Assembly: GCA_029856145.1 (NCBI GenBank)
Contig: JAHQWK010000001.1
Coordinates: 585,474-649,473 of the forward strand
Source of the DNA: Promethearchaeia archaeon
Lineage (GTDB): Archaea; Asgardarchaeota; Lokiarchaeia; Sigyniarchaeales; SOKP01
Length of the DNA: 64,000 nt
Direction: 5' to 3'
Under the pieces are notes generated by a model. It was not told where the DNA came from. It ran no database searches and saw only the letters and a program-made list of their open reading frames with translations. How positions within the stretch are numbered: the stretch's first letter is position 1; each line of letters starts with the position of its first letter. Made by a program: the position numbers and the translations under genes. Positions 1-10,344 of the stretch are shown piece after piece.

Positions 1-92
1 CATTTTACTAAAATATATAAAATCTAACTTAGATTAAATTGTTAGAAAAAAGGTATTAAATTTTTTAAAATAAAATTTAGAGGAGACTTATT

Positions 93-437
93 TTGTCAGA
101 ATTCGAACAAAAAGTATTGAAATTACTCGAAGAAATTAATAATAAACTAGATAAAGTATTGAAAGCTGAGCCTATATCTGTAAGTTCAGCACCAGTGGCA
201 TCAGCAGCACCTTCTCCTGCGGCTTCAACAGTTAAACCTTCTGCTATAGTTGACAAGCAAGAGGAAGAAGCACGAATGGAAGAGAAACCGCCTGTTGAGG
301 GCCGAAGAGTCTGTCCTGAGTGTGGAGGAACCGCGTTTGCCACACACGAAGATAAAGGCCAAGTTTTACATCAAATGGGTGGCGTAAAGATTTATGCTAA
401 GAAATACGTCTGTAAGCAGTGTGGATACACTTTTTAA
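93..437 (+). CDS. small protein: N-terminal coiled coil, Ala/Pro/Ser linker, C-terminal zinc ribbon
   Basis: CPEC...CKQC zinc ribbon; AGGAG upstream of TTG start; poly-T tract after stop. Confidence 0.8.
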   Translation: MSEFEQKVLKLLEEINNKLDKVLKAEPISVSSAPVASAAPSPAASTVKPSAIVDKQEEEARMEEKPPVEGRRVCPECGGTAFATHEDKGQVLHQMGGVKIYAKKYVCKQCGYTF

Positions 438-596
438 TTTTTTTTTTTAAATTTTATTAAATCTTCTGAAAACTATGATATTTTTATAAAAACACCTATT
501 ATTAAACCTTTAAGTTAGATTTTTAATTTCTTTATACTTTAAATTCTTAATTAGAAATGTTATAAGGTACATGTGGTGCAGAATTAAATTCCTCAA

Positions 597-1670
597 ATGA
601 GAGTTAGTAAATGGATTCAATACATTAAAAGCTTTATTTTAAATAATTTTACCAGCCAAAAAGTTCCCTATTCTGCTCAGATAGAATTGACTCTGCGTTG
701 TAATGGGAAGTGTCCATTCTGTTCAATTCATTCTTTACCCGAATCTATTCTGGGTACTGATATGACTACTGAACAAATAAAATATTTAATCGATGAGATA
801 GCTAAATTGGGAGTACTCTCTCTTTCTTTTACAGGTGGTGAGCCCACATTAAGAAAAGATTTACCAGAATTAATTTATTACACGGGAGTAGTACACAATT
901 TTATGAATGGTATCGCTACTAATGGATATTTATTACCTAAATTATTTAAAGAACAAAAAATTGAAGGCTTGGATTATGTTTTACTTTCGCTTGACTATCC
1001 TACAGCAAAATTGCATAATAAAATGCGAGGAATTAAAGTATTTGATAGAGTTATTGAATCTATTAAATTAGCCAATAAGCATGATATCAAACCTATCATA
1101 AGCACAGTGGTTATGAAAGATAATATCCACTTATTGGATGATATTTGCCAATTAACTGAAAGATTAGGGTGTTCAATTGAATTATATCCCTGTGAAGATA
1201 TAATAAGGGATTTCCCTAATAAAAGTTACCAAATCCAAGATATTCAAGAAATGATACCGGAAATATCTGTATGGGCGAAATTAATACGATCATTAAGAAA
1301 AAAATACAATAATATTTTAACTGATCCAATAAGCGTTGAAGTGGTTGAGAAAGGAGGTTTTGGTGGATTCCCAGACCATCATCAAAATATTCTACGCTGT
1401 CATGTCGCAGAAGCGTATATATTCATTAGTCATGATGGATTTATTAATTATCCTTGTAAAATTCATCCAATTCTAAGTTACAATTCTTTAAAGTATCCAA
1501 TATCGAGTATTTATAACTCTCATAAAGTAAAAGAAATAATGAAGATGCATGATAATTATCATTTCTGCAAAAATTGTCGTTTGGGGTGTGCTATCGCATC
1601 ATCAATCCCAACTCGTTGGAAAACGGTTTATGCTAAGTATATTAAAGGCTTTTTAGAAGGCAAGTTATGA
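597..1670 (+). CDS. radical SAM protein with SPASM/twitch-like C-terminus
   Basis: CNGKCPFC (CxxxCxxC), SFTGGEPTLR, C-terminal Cys cluster CKNCRLGC. Confidence 0.9.
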   Translation: MRVSKWIQYIKSFILNNFTSQKVPYSAQIELTLRCNGKCPFCSIHSLPESILGTDMTTEQIKYLIDEIAKLGVLSLSFTGGEPTLRKDLPELIYYTGVVHNFMNGIATNGYLLPKLFKEQKIEGLDYVLLSLDYPTAKLHNKMRGIKVFDRVIESIKLANKHDIKPIISTVVMKDNIHLLDDICQLTERLGCSIELYPCEDIIRDFPNKSYQIQDIQEMIPEISVWAKLIRSLRKKYNNILTDPISVEVVEKGGFGGFPDHHQNILRCHVAEAYIFISHDGFINYPCKIHPILSYNSLKYPISSIYNSHKVKEIMKMHDNYHFCKNCRLGCAIASSIPTRWKTVYAKYIKGFLEGKL

Positions 1671-1740
1671 TAGTAAATGTCATTGCACAATTCAAAAAAT
1701 TTAATTAAAAACATAGTTTTCCTAATATAGTGATGAAATA

Positions 1741-2313
1741 ATGTCAGCCATTATAGTAATTATTCAAATAGTATTCATTACGCTAGGGATGATTGTCCTA
1801 GGGATGGTTCTTAATCATTTCTTAGGATTAACAAAAGAAGTCTTACAAGATATGAGGAAAAAAGCTTTAAATTTTCGAGAACGTATGAAAAACGCTCAAC
1901 TTATAGGAGATTATGAACAATTGATACAAACACAGCAGGAATCAACTGTGTTTATGAAATCAATAATGAAGAAACAGATGATTCCCTTATGCTTGAGATG
2001 TATCATTTTTATTGGTATTTTTATGGTTCTAGGAATGATTTATGTAGATTATGAGAGTGGATTGCTACCATTTCCAATTCTAATTTTTGGTAGTGGTTGG
2101 TTAGCTATTTACCTAATCTTTTCAGTTTACTTTTCCTTATTTATATGGGGGGTGAAAAAACTTACAGGGATGGGAGGTAAGACGAAAAATTCTGTGAAAG
2201 AAATCATGGGGCTTGTCTCCCCCCAACAAGATACAGGACTCTCTTCATATCCTACTTCCAATATACCTGATATGCCGAGAAGAGATTCTTGGAAAGAGCG
2301 TATTGAAGAATAG
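1741..2313 (+). CDS. EMC3/TMCO1 (DUF106, Oxa1 superfamily) membrane protein
   Basis: TM1, cytosolic coiled coil, MKKQMIP, then LPFPI..GWL.IY; three TM helices. Confidence 0.7.
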   Translation: MSAIIVIIQIVFITLGMIVLGMVLNHFLGLTKEVLQDMRKKALNFRERMKNAQLIGDYEQLIQTQQESTVFMKSIMKKQMIPLCLRCIIFIGIFMVLGMIYVDYESGLLPFPILIFGSGWLAIYLIFSVYFSLFIWGVKKLTGMGGKTKNSVKEIMGLVSPQQDTGLSSYPTSNIPDMPRRDSWKERIEE

Positions 2314-2362
2314 GACGATCATTATAATTAATTTTTTAATTTTTTGTTAGTTTAAAATAACA

Positions 2363-2656
2363 ATGAAGCGAAATTTTGTATTAAACCTAATTTTCATTGC
2401 TCTATTTATCCTTTTTTTGGTTTTATCGATAGTAATTGATTTCTTTTTTTTTATCCCTATTATATGTTTCTTACCCTTCTCTTTTAGAACAATTAAAAAA
2501 AACAGTACATATTTTGAAGAGAGATCAACTCAAACTTCATCATATACGGATTCTAGAAATTCAGAAATAAGATATTGTCCGAGATGTGGTGGAGAAATAA
2601 CAAAATCTATTGCAAAATATTGTTATCATTGTGGAGAAAAATTAAATAATAAATAA
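2363..2656 (+). CDS. membrane-anchored zinc-ribbon protein
   Basis: N-terminal hydrophobic hairpin; CPRCG..KYCYHCG. Confidence 0.8.
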   Translation: MKRNFVLNLIFIALFILFLVLSIVIDFFFFIPIICFLPFSFRTIKKNSTYFEERSTQTSSYTDSRNSEIRYCPRCGGEITKSIAKYCYHCGEKLNNK

Positions 2657-2669
2657 CATGTGGTAAATT

Positions 2670-3173
2670 ATGGTTGAAAATAATGATATTAAAAGACAAA
2701 TGACGCTTTATTTTATATTTGCTGCAGCTATGATTGGACTTAATTACTTAATTCAAAAATTAAATGAAATCATTGCTCCAATCATTTGTGCTAGTTTAGG
2801 GTCAATTGAATTCTTTCAAGTATTCTATTGCTCTACTAACCCATTTAATATGCCAGAATTAGTTGGTTCTATTGTAGCAGTTGGAATTACATATTTTATT
2901 AAGTTCTTCTTAGATAAATATCTAGTTTTTAAAAGAACTGGCACCGGAGCAAAACAAACATCAATAGAATTTACTAAATATCTTGGCTTCGCAATTCTTA
3001 CTACAATAGAAAATATTGGAATTCAATTTTTATTAACAAACTTTCTAAATGCTCCACTCGAAATAAGCGTGATTATTGCACTTAGTATTGGATATATTTC
3101 GAAATTTTTTCTTGATAGAAAATTTGTTTTTGTAAAAAATTTAGAATTAGATATAGAAAATAATAAAATTTAA
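2670..3173 (+). CDS. GtrA-family membrane protein
   Basis: Internal repeat KFFLDK/KFFLDRKFVF; four TM helices. Confidence 0.75.
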   Translation: MVENNDIKRQMTLYFIFAAAMIGLNYLIQKLNEIIAPIICASLGSIEFFQVFYCSTNPFNMPELVGSIVAVGITYFIKFFLDKYLVFKRTGTGAKQTSIEFTKYLGFAILTTIENIGIQFLLTNFLNAPLEISVIIALSIGYISKFFLDRKFVFVKNLELDIENNKI

Positions 3174-3198
3174 TAGATCGAAAGGTGATTTTAAATAT

Positions 3199-4293
3199 AT
3201 GACAGAGGAAGATCGTGAGGAAGAGAATGATAAATCTATCGTTGACGCTTTGGGTCAACTGGGTTGGGTAGAAGAAAAGGAAGAAAAAGAGAAACCTTTA
3301 GAAACTGAAGATAATCTTAAAGACCAACTCAATTTCTTTATGGAAGAGAACAAAAGGTTAATAGAGGAGATTTCTGAAAAAATTGAAAAAATTCAAAATT
3401 TAGAACAAAATATTCAAGAATTATCTCAAAAAGCAGAAGATAATGCTACCCAGAGTCAGGCCGTTCAAAAATTATATGAAACAATTGAGAATAGAAATGA
3501 TGACATTGAAAATTTAAACTCTACTCTTGAGGAGCAATCGTCAAAATTCAATACAATAACTAATGATCAAGTTGAAAAAATAAAAGAATTAACTTCTCAA
3601 ATTGAGCAATTTCAATCGGAACAAGCGAAGAATCAGGATTTACTAAATAAAATAGATGAAAAAGAAATCATGATTAAAGAATTAAAAGAACAATTACAAT
3701 TCCTTGAAACTGATTCAATCCAAAAATCTAAGTTTGAAAAACTTGAAGTACTTATAGAAAAAAAGGATGAAATCATAACTGAAAAAGAAAAATCGATTTT
3801 TACCATTGAAAATGATTTAAAAACATCTAATCAGAAAATTCATGATCTTCAACAACAATTAGAAACATTCAATTTAGTAAAGAAAGATCTTGAAAAAAAA
3901 GTAGAACGAAATAAGACTTTAGTTGTGGAAATTGAAGAATTAAAACAAAAAAACATAACTATCCAAGAATTAATTGAACGGTATGAAGAAAAGTTAGAAG
4001 AAGCACATAAAAAATCCGGAAATTTAACGGGTAAATTTGAATTAGAGCTAGCTAATATGCGAAGTATGCTTGATGACAGATCGCAGGAGATAAAAAGCAT
4101 GAGAGAACAGTTAAAGGAATTACAGAGTAAAACAGGTGATACAATACAAAAAGAAGAGAAGTTTTTAAGCGACCTTCAACAAATAAAAGATGAAAAATTA
4201 AAATTAGAATCAGATCTCGAAGAAAAAAATAAGGAAGTAATTGAACTAAAAAAGAGAATCAAATTAATGCGCAGAGATATTCAAAAATCTTAA
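3199..4293 (+). CDS. long coiled-coil protein
   Basis: E/K/Q-rich heptads over about 320 aa; AGGTGA SD upstream. Confidence 0.75.
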   Translation: MTEEDREEENDKSIVDALGQLGWVEEKEEKEKPLETEDNLKDQLNFFMEENKRLIEEISEKIEKIQNLEQNIQELSQKAEDNATQSQAVQKLYETIENRNDDIENLNSTLEEQSSKFNTITNDQVEKIKELTSQIEQFQSEQAKNQDLLNKIDEKEIMIKELKEQLQFLETDSIQKSKFEKLEVLIEKKDEIITEKEKSIFTIENDLKTSNQKIHDLQQQLETFNLVKKDLEKKVERNKTLVVEIEELKQKNITIQELIERYEEKLEEAHKKSGNLTGKFELELANMRSMLDDRSQEIKSMREQLKELQSKTGDTIQKEEKFLSDLQQIKDEKLKLESDLEEKNKEVIELKKRIKLMRRDIQKS

Positions 4294-4366
4294 TTCAAAA
4301 TGGTTTTGCTTTACTATGTATGTAAAATCATTAAAAAAAGAGAAAAAATAAAATTATTAAAAAACC

Positions 4367-5374
4367 TTATTTTTCGCGCCACTCAATTCCACATTGGCCG
4401 CATTTATATTTTTTTCCGTACACTCGAGGGTAGTCTAATATTATATTGGACTTATCAACAGTCTCATGAATCATGTGAGGGTCATCAGTAGAGCATTCAG
4501 GGCATTTTCGGCGACCTTCAACCTTCTCAATCGTTAAAATCGTGCTGTCTGTTCTACCAGGTATTCCTGGCGCAGCACCAGAAGCCTTCACCTCAGAAAT
4601 ATCCGCTTGTACTTCTTCTGGAGAAACATCTTTAACTTCTGACTTAAATTCTGGTTGAATTGCCGCCGCAATCCTATCATCTTCATCTTCTCCTTCTAAT
4701 ACAGATTCAGCTTTTAATTGTACCGCATCAGATTCCTTATAATCTACCCCTCTCGCTAAAGCTGCCATAAATTCTGCATCATCTCCTTCTTCAAAGATAG
4801 TTTCTTGCTGTAATCCTGCCCTATCAGCATCTATAGCACGTCCCCATTGACCTGATTTGACACGTTCTTTCACATTACTTGTACTTCCTTGCCAAATATA
4901 CACTTTATTGCCTAAATCAGCAACAAAACAATCTTCTGAGTCTAATGATTCTTTTTTAAATGGGATTTGAATCATTTTCATCGCATTGATATCTTCAAAT
5001 TCTTCTGAAGAAACTCGATAAAGAGCATTTTTCCATTCTGTAAAGCCCGCCCAATCACCCGTAGATACATCTTTAAGTAATGTTTTAGCGTAGTTTTTTT
5101 CAACAATTTTCATTGTGCCCATTGGATTGATCGTTTTCATAAATTCTTTTGATTCTTGTCCTTGATCTACTGTAATTATTTTAGCAGCGCCACCACGTTG
5201 TTGGTCGAGTGTTCTTGCTTGAGCAGCACCTGCGGTCTTCTCATCTACTGAGCATTTATTACCTATCCAGACATATATAGTTCTTTCGTCATCTAAAAGG
5301 TAAACGTCTCCGCTGGAAAAGACTGGTTTATTGATTGCATTTAAATTTCCTTGATCAATAAGAAAAAGTTTCAT
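4367..5374 (-). CDS. gelsolin/villin-like protein (two gelsolin domains, acidic linker, C-terminal zinc ribbon)
   Basis: FSSGDVYLLD..IYVWIG..S..EK and LDSEDCFVADLG..VYIWQG..S..ER gelsolin motifs; DQGQES/EEGDD; CPEC..CGQC. ATG at 5374 preferred over GTG at 5386. Confidence 0.9.
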   Translation of the reverse strand: MKLFLIDQGNLNAINKPVFSSGDVYLLDDERTIYVWIGNKCSVDEKTAGAAQARTLDQQRGGAAKIITVDQGQESKEFMKTINPMGTMKIVEKNYAKTLLKDVSTGDWAGFTEWKNALYRVSSEEFEDINAMKMIQIPFKKESLDSEDCFVADLGNKVYIWQGSTSNVKERVKSGQWGRAIDADRAGLQQETIFEEGDDAEFMAALARGVDYKESDAVQLKAESVLEGEDEDDRIAAAIQPEFKSEVKDVSPEEVQADISEVKASGAAPGIPGRTDSTILTIEKVEGRRKCPECSTDDPHMIHETVDKSNIILDYPRVYGKKYKCGQCGIEWREK

Positions 5375-5507
5375 CTTTAATTTCACTTTTTTAATTTTTA
5401 ATAAATTTTTTTTTAATTACATTATGAAAATAAGTCTATAAAAGTTTTGATAAAAACTTCGGTAATATTACTATATTATTACCTTTAAAGAAGATGAAAT
5501 AAAGCCT

Positions 5508-6884
5508 TTAAAAATCATTTAGGGCTGAATTAATTCTTTTAATCAATTCCGGGATTTCACTTAGATCTATAGAGCAATAAGCAATGCGTATACCGTTAAT
5601 ATTCTCATCCAATTTTTCAATTGGTATTATTCCTACTTTATATTGTTTTAATAAGCGATCTGCGAATTCTGTTGCTTTAATTTTATTAGCATTTAAATTT
5701 AAAAAGACAAAAAATCCACCTGAATTAGGATCAATTGACATATTTGGATTATTTATTTTTAATAACTCGGAATTAATACAATCATATCTTTCTTTGAGTA
5801 AATTTTGTACTTCCCTTCTTGATTGCATGATTTGTTCCATTCCCTTCTCATGGAATAACTTATGGATGAGTACTTGGTAGAAACTGTTGCAATTTGATAT
5901 TGTTGCGCGAATGAAACCTTCTAATTTATTATGGATTTCATCCTTTAATATTTGTAATTCTCCATTGTTTTCTATCCAGCTTGGTTTTAAACCTAATGTG
6001 ATAAAACCAATCCGGCCTCCATAAATCAAGAGTTCCTTTGTGATTCCATCCAATTTAATTGGAATGACATTTTCATCCAACTGGTGTAGGTCATAGAATA
6101 TTGATCTATTTAACACATTATCTTTAAATACGTATGGCTCATATGCGTCATCAACTAAAACAATAATAGGTTTTTCATGAGTTAGTTGACTTTCTTTTAA
6201 CATTTCAACAAGTGTGGAACCTTCTTCTGTTGTAGGAACATATCCTGTAGGATTATTAGGAAAATTCAAAAGGATGACTATTTTTTCTTGAATTTTAGCA
6301 ACGTCCTCAATCGCTGTTTTTAATCCTTCGATATTTATCCTGTTATTTTTAAAAAATTCAAATGATTTACTTTTCGCACCAATGAATTTGCTAATAATAT
6401 TATCATAATTTCCCCATCTCTTATTTGGTACAATAATAGAATCACTTGGATTTAAAAACAGTGAGCAAGCTTGAAAAATTCCATTAGTAATTCCTCCTGT
6501 TATTACTGGAGTGGTTATATATTTATTTAACCGAGAAAATAAAATATCTTCCTTATTACTATATAATGATTTCTGAACTATCCATTCTTTCCAAATTTCC
6601 CTTGTTTCTTGTAATCCACCAATAGAAGTATAAGGAACGATTTCTTTAACAGTGAGCCTTGAATAATCAGTGATCTCTTTCAGATAACATGGTAACCAAT
6701 CGTTACTTCCTCCATCAATAAAATCCTTTTCAAATCCATAAGCGGCTCCAAGCGTCCCTATCAATTCTGCTTCTTCTCTTGCTCTTTTCGCCCAATAGAA
6801 AATCCCCTCTGGAAGGAAAATTCTTTTCCCAATTTCTGAAAAGGCTTTGTATATTGGGGTTTTTTGTATAATGCTAAAGTTCAT
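5508..6884 (-). CDS. class I/II PLP-dependent aminotransferase
   Basis: NFPNNPTGY, DDAY, DGITKE..YGGRIG (Schiff-base Lys). Confidence 0.9.
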   Translation of the reverse strand: MNFSIIQKTPIYKAFSEIGKRIFLPEGIFYWAKRAREEAELIGTLGAAYGFEKDFIDGGSNDWLPCYLKEITDYSRLTVKEIVPYTSIGGLQETREIWKEWIVQKSLYSNKEDILFSRLNKYITTPVITGGITNGIFQACSLFLNPSDSIIVPNKRWGNYDNIISKFIGAKSKSFEFFKNNRINIEGLKTAIEDVAKIQEKIVILLNFPNNPTGYVPTTEEGSTLVEMLKESQLTHEKPIIVLVDDAYEPYVFKDNVLNRSIFYDLHQLDENVIPIKLDGITKELLIYGGRIGFITLGLKPSWIENNGELQILKDEIHNKLEGFIRATISNCNSFYQVLIHKLFHEKGMEQIMQSRREVQNLLKERYDCINSELLKINNPNMSIDPNSGGFFVFLNLNANKIKATEFADRLLKQYKVGIIPIEKLDENINGIRIAYCSIDLSEIPELIKRINSALNDF

Positions 6885-7001
6885 AATAAATACATCAATT
6901 TTTAAAAATTATAAAGAAACTTATCTAGGAATGAATAATTTTGGAAAGTAATTGAAATTTATTTGCTGAATTTAAATATTAAAATAAATTAACAAACAAT
7001 T

Positions 7002-7463
7002 ATGAATAATGAAAATAATTTAAGCGATTCTGAAAATGAAAAAATAAATGAAAAGCACTTTCAAAAAGGTAGGCAAAACTTCATTGATGGAATCAAAGAT
7101 GGATTTGAAAATTTTAAAACTTCTTTAGAAGAAAAATCAAAGAAAAATAAAGAATTATGGGAAGAAAATAAAGAAAAAGTGAATAAATTCTTTAATGGAG
7201 TTAAGCAAGATTGGGAGAGTAAGATCAAAGAATGGAATACAGAAATGGAACAACGAAGGTTGGAAACAAAAGAACAGTGGGATGCTCATAAGAAAAAGAT
7301 AAGCCAAGATTTCAAAAATTGGCAAGAAAAGACACAACAAAAATGGGAAGAAGGAGTGAAGGCAGTTAGAAAGGGATTTTTTCGAGCGTATTTATGGACT
7401 TTACTGTTAATAATTCCAATTATAATAATTTTAGTTATCATAATTCGAATAATAGGATTTTAA
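7002..7463 (+). CDS. tail-anchored protein with amphipathic helical repeats
   Basis: Charged helix with periodic W/F residues; single TM at the extreme C-terminus. Confidence 0.7.
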   Translation: MNNENNLSDSENEKINEKHFQKGRQNFIDGIKDGFENFKTSLEEKSKKNKELWEENKEKVNKFFNGVKQDWESKIKEWNTEMEQRRLETKEQWDAHKKKISQDFKNWQEKTQQKWEEGVKAVRKGFFRAYLWTLLLIIPIIIILVIIIRIIGF

Positions 7464-8120
7464 ATGATTGAGATCTTCACTATATCCTTTATTGTTGCTC
7501 TTACTGGTGCTTTATCTCCTGGACCCGTATTAACATTCACGATTTATAAATCGCTTAAGAGTAAAAATCCTTTCGCAGGATTTTTTATTGTTTTGGGTCA
7601 TGCACTTTTAGAATTTTCTTTGATAATCTTATTATTGTTAGGAGCTTCCTTTCTTTTCCAAAATCTTCTATTTTTAATAATGATTGGAATAATTGGAGGT
7701 ATTTGTTTAATGATTTTCGGGTTTCTTACTATAAGAGAAGTATATAAAAAACAATATGAAATTAAATTTAATCTAAAAGAAGAAAATATGAGTGGTTTTA
7801 AGGGTAATAGTTTTCTTGGAGGTATATTTTATTCAATATCAAATCCTTATTGGGCGTTTTGGTGGGCAGTCACAGGCTTGACAATTATGATCAATTTGAA
7901 TATATCATTTCAAAATCCACTAGGTTTATTGTTATTCTTTCTTGGGCACGAATTAGGAGATTTTATATGGTATGTTCCAATTTCTCTTTTTGTTTATTTT
8001 GGAGGCAAATCCTTAAACTCTAAGGTTTATAAGTATGTTTTAATTGTTTGTGGAGGTTTTATGATAGCCTTTGGTATTTATTTAATTCTTAATGTCACCA
8101 TTTTCCCTCCAAGTGTATGA
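7464..8120 (+). CDS. LysE-family translocator
   Basis: ALSPGP, G..LGH, SISNPYW. Confidence 0.9.
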   Translation: MIEIFTISFIVALTGALSPGPVLTFTIYKSLKSKNPFAGFFIVLGHALLEFSLIILLLLGASFLFQNLLFLIMIGIIGGICLMIFGFLTIREVYKKQYEIKFNLKEENMSGFKGNSFLGGIFYSISNPYWAFWWAVTGLTIMINLNISFQNPLGLLLFFLGHELGDFIWYVPISLFVYFGGKSLNSKVYKYVLIVCGGFMIAFGIYLILNVTIFPPSV

Positions 8121-8174
8121 TCTAATTAATAGCTTGGATTTTTTAAGAAATAGTTATGAATTAAAAAAATTTCT

Positions 8175-10226
8175 CTAATATCTTTCTAATCCTTGATCTT
8201 CTTCAATTTCAAATAAATCTGAATGAGGTTCAAGAAAATGGTTTTGACACATGGGACAAGAATTATATTTTGAAAGCCAAAAGGCAACACATAAATAGTG
8301 ATATGTACTCCCACAGAAAGGACATGTTATTACTCTATCTTTAGCAAAATTAATAAATTTATGGCACACTGTACATTGAACATCCGAAGCAGAGATTCCT
8401 TTCCTTAATTTAACTCTATTTGTTAGAATTGTCTCCAATTTTGCTGCTTCTACTTGATAAAGTCCTAAAGAATTATTTAATTGATTAATCTTTGATTTAA
8501 TCTCTGAAATTCTTTCTTTCAACTCCTCCTCTGATAATTTCTCCGCTAAGAATGATGATAATGCAAAATTTAAAGGTAAACCTTCAAAATTTTCTGTTTG
8601 TTCTGTGATTTCAGTAATAGTAGCAAATAAAATTCCTTCTTTTTCTATTAAATCTTTAAAACTTTTAAATATCTTGTTAAGAAGCAATGACATTAGAAAT
8701 GTTAGTTGCTGTCTTTTTCTATTTAAGCTGTCTTCCCAATATTTTATTACTTGATAAATATCTACATCATTAGTTTTTACAGAATCTAATCTTTTGAATA
8801 CAGAGTCTTTAATTTTCTGGATTTTGATGTTATAATCATTTAGAATTTCTCTAATCCTTTTTAATTGAGGAAATTCTTCTTTTATTATGAATGATGCTTC
8901 ATCCTCATAAACTCTTATTAAATCATTCACTTCAGAGATTTTATCTGAGATAAACTTTCTTATTTCGACTCTTATTTCTTCATCCTTAACTGTCTTAATA
9001 AAACTTAAATATTCGTTTTTTCTGCGAAAAATTTCAGAAGAAACATTCGAAAATATTTTTCTTAACGAAGCTGTAATATTTTCATATGGATTTAGGAAAT
9101 TCTCTATATTTAATATCCAATCTTCAATTTCATTAATTTTTGCAGAAAAATTTTCAATTTTATTATAATAAAAGCTAGTTATTTCTTCAAATTTTTCTGC
9201 CTCAATTACATCATGGATTTTTTCTTGGAAACTCTTTTCCAACCCTAAAATATAATAGTCAACTATTTTTGGTAAAAAGGTGCCTATTTTTTGTTCTTTA
9301 AGAGTTTTTAAATTAATACTCGAATCCTTTTCTTTTAAATCAAAATCTTCGATTTCAACAAATATTTCCTGTAATTTTTCTTCAATTATTCGTCTAAGCA
9401 AAGGAGTAATAAAATTCTTAAGATTTTGTATAACTTCTTTCCTTTCGAGTATGTTAATGAATTCTTCTCCCTGAAATACTTCAAATATCTTATTTAAATA
9501 TAAGAGATGGAGTAAATCAGAATAAAATTTAATCTTATTCTCATCTTTTGAATAGAAAAATTGATAAATTTCTTCAAAATGAAAAGTTAGGATTCGCTCT
9601 TTTTTATCCTTCTTCCTTTTATTCAGAAATACATCATTTAGACTTATAATGAAAGTGACTAATTCTTTAATTTCACTCCATTTTTCTATCGAAAGAGGTA
9701 TCTTATTTAATTTAAAATTTAAATTCTTAATTCTATTAATATCAGTCCAAAGAGTTGTTGAATCCTCATGAACAGATTTAATATCTTTAATCGATTGCTG
9801 GATTTCGGACCCCAGATGAGTACTCTCTTTAAGATGATCTTCTATTTTCTGTAAAGGGGCGTCTAATGCTGTGCTTTTTTTTGCTATCCTTTTTACATTC
9901 CTGATGTTTGAGCTGAGATTTTGTAGATTATTCGAAATAACTTGTAATTCTTCCAATACTTCGTTTTTTAAATAAAAGTAATCTGAGCTTTCAGTAGACA
10001 ATAAATAACTTTCTGCAAAATTTTTCAGATCCTCTATATAACTCGAATAATGACCATAAATGTCAGTAGAAAGGTGAAGTTTTGATTTTAAATAATCTTC
10101 TATTTTAATGCCTTCAGAATCTTCAGATTTAAGTTTTACAACCATTTCCTTAATGGTTATAATCTCATCTTTAGTGAATCCATGAATCTCCCTTGTATCA
10201 TTAAATCTATTATTGGAAAAATTCAA
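8175..10226 (-). CDS. helical protein with C-terminal C4HC3 RING-variant finger (putative E3 ligase)
   Basis: CTVC..CPFC-x4-H-x2-C-x3-W..CPMC. Confidence 0.75.
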   Translation of the reverse strand: MNFSNNRFNDTREIHGFTKDEIITIKEMVVKLKSEDSEGIKIEDYLKSKLHLSTDIYGHYSSYIEDLKNFAESYLLSTESSDYFYLKNEVLEELQVISNNLQNLSSNIRNVKRIAKKSTALDAPLQKIEDHLKESTHLGSEIQQSIKDIKSVHEDSTTLWTDINRIKNLNFKLNKIPLSIEKWSEIKELVTFIISLNDVFLNKRKKDKKERILTFHFEEIYQFFYSKDENKIKFYSDLLHLLYLNKIFEVFQGEEFINILERKEVIQNLKNFITPLLRRIIEEKLQEIFVEIEDFDLKEKDSSINLKTLKEQKIGTFLPKIVDYYILGLEKSFQEKIHDVIEAEKFEEITSFYYNKIENFSAKINEIEDWILNIENFLNPYENITASLRKIFSNVSSEIFRRKNEYLSFIKTVKDEEIRVEIRKFISDKISEVNDLIRVYEDEASFIIKEEFPQLKRIREILNDYNIKIQKIKDSVFKRLDSVKTNDVDIYQVIKYWEDSLNRKRQQLTFLMSLLLNKIFKSFKDLIEKEGILFATITEITEQTENFEGLPLNFALSSFLAEKLSEEELKERISEIKSKINQLNNSLGLYQVEAAKLETILTNRVKLRKGISASDVQCTVCHKFINFAKDRVITCPFCGSTYHYLCVAFWLSKYNSCPMCQNHFLEPHSDLFEIEEDQGLERY

Positions 10227-10344
10227 CTTGATTTTACCCCTCGTTAATACATGAGAATCTAATAATTAGTAAACTTTCATTGAATAAATTCTTATTGGTA
10301 AAAAAGCAGAATATCTGAAATATAAAAATAAAGGGTATAAGAAA

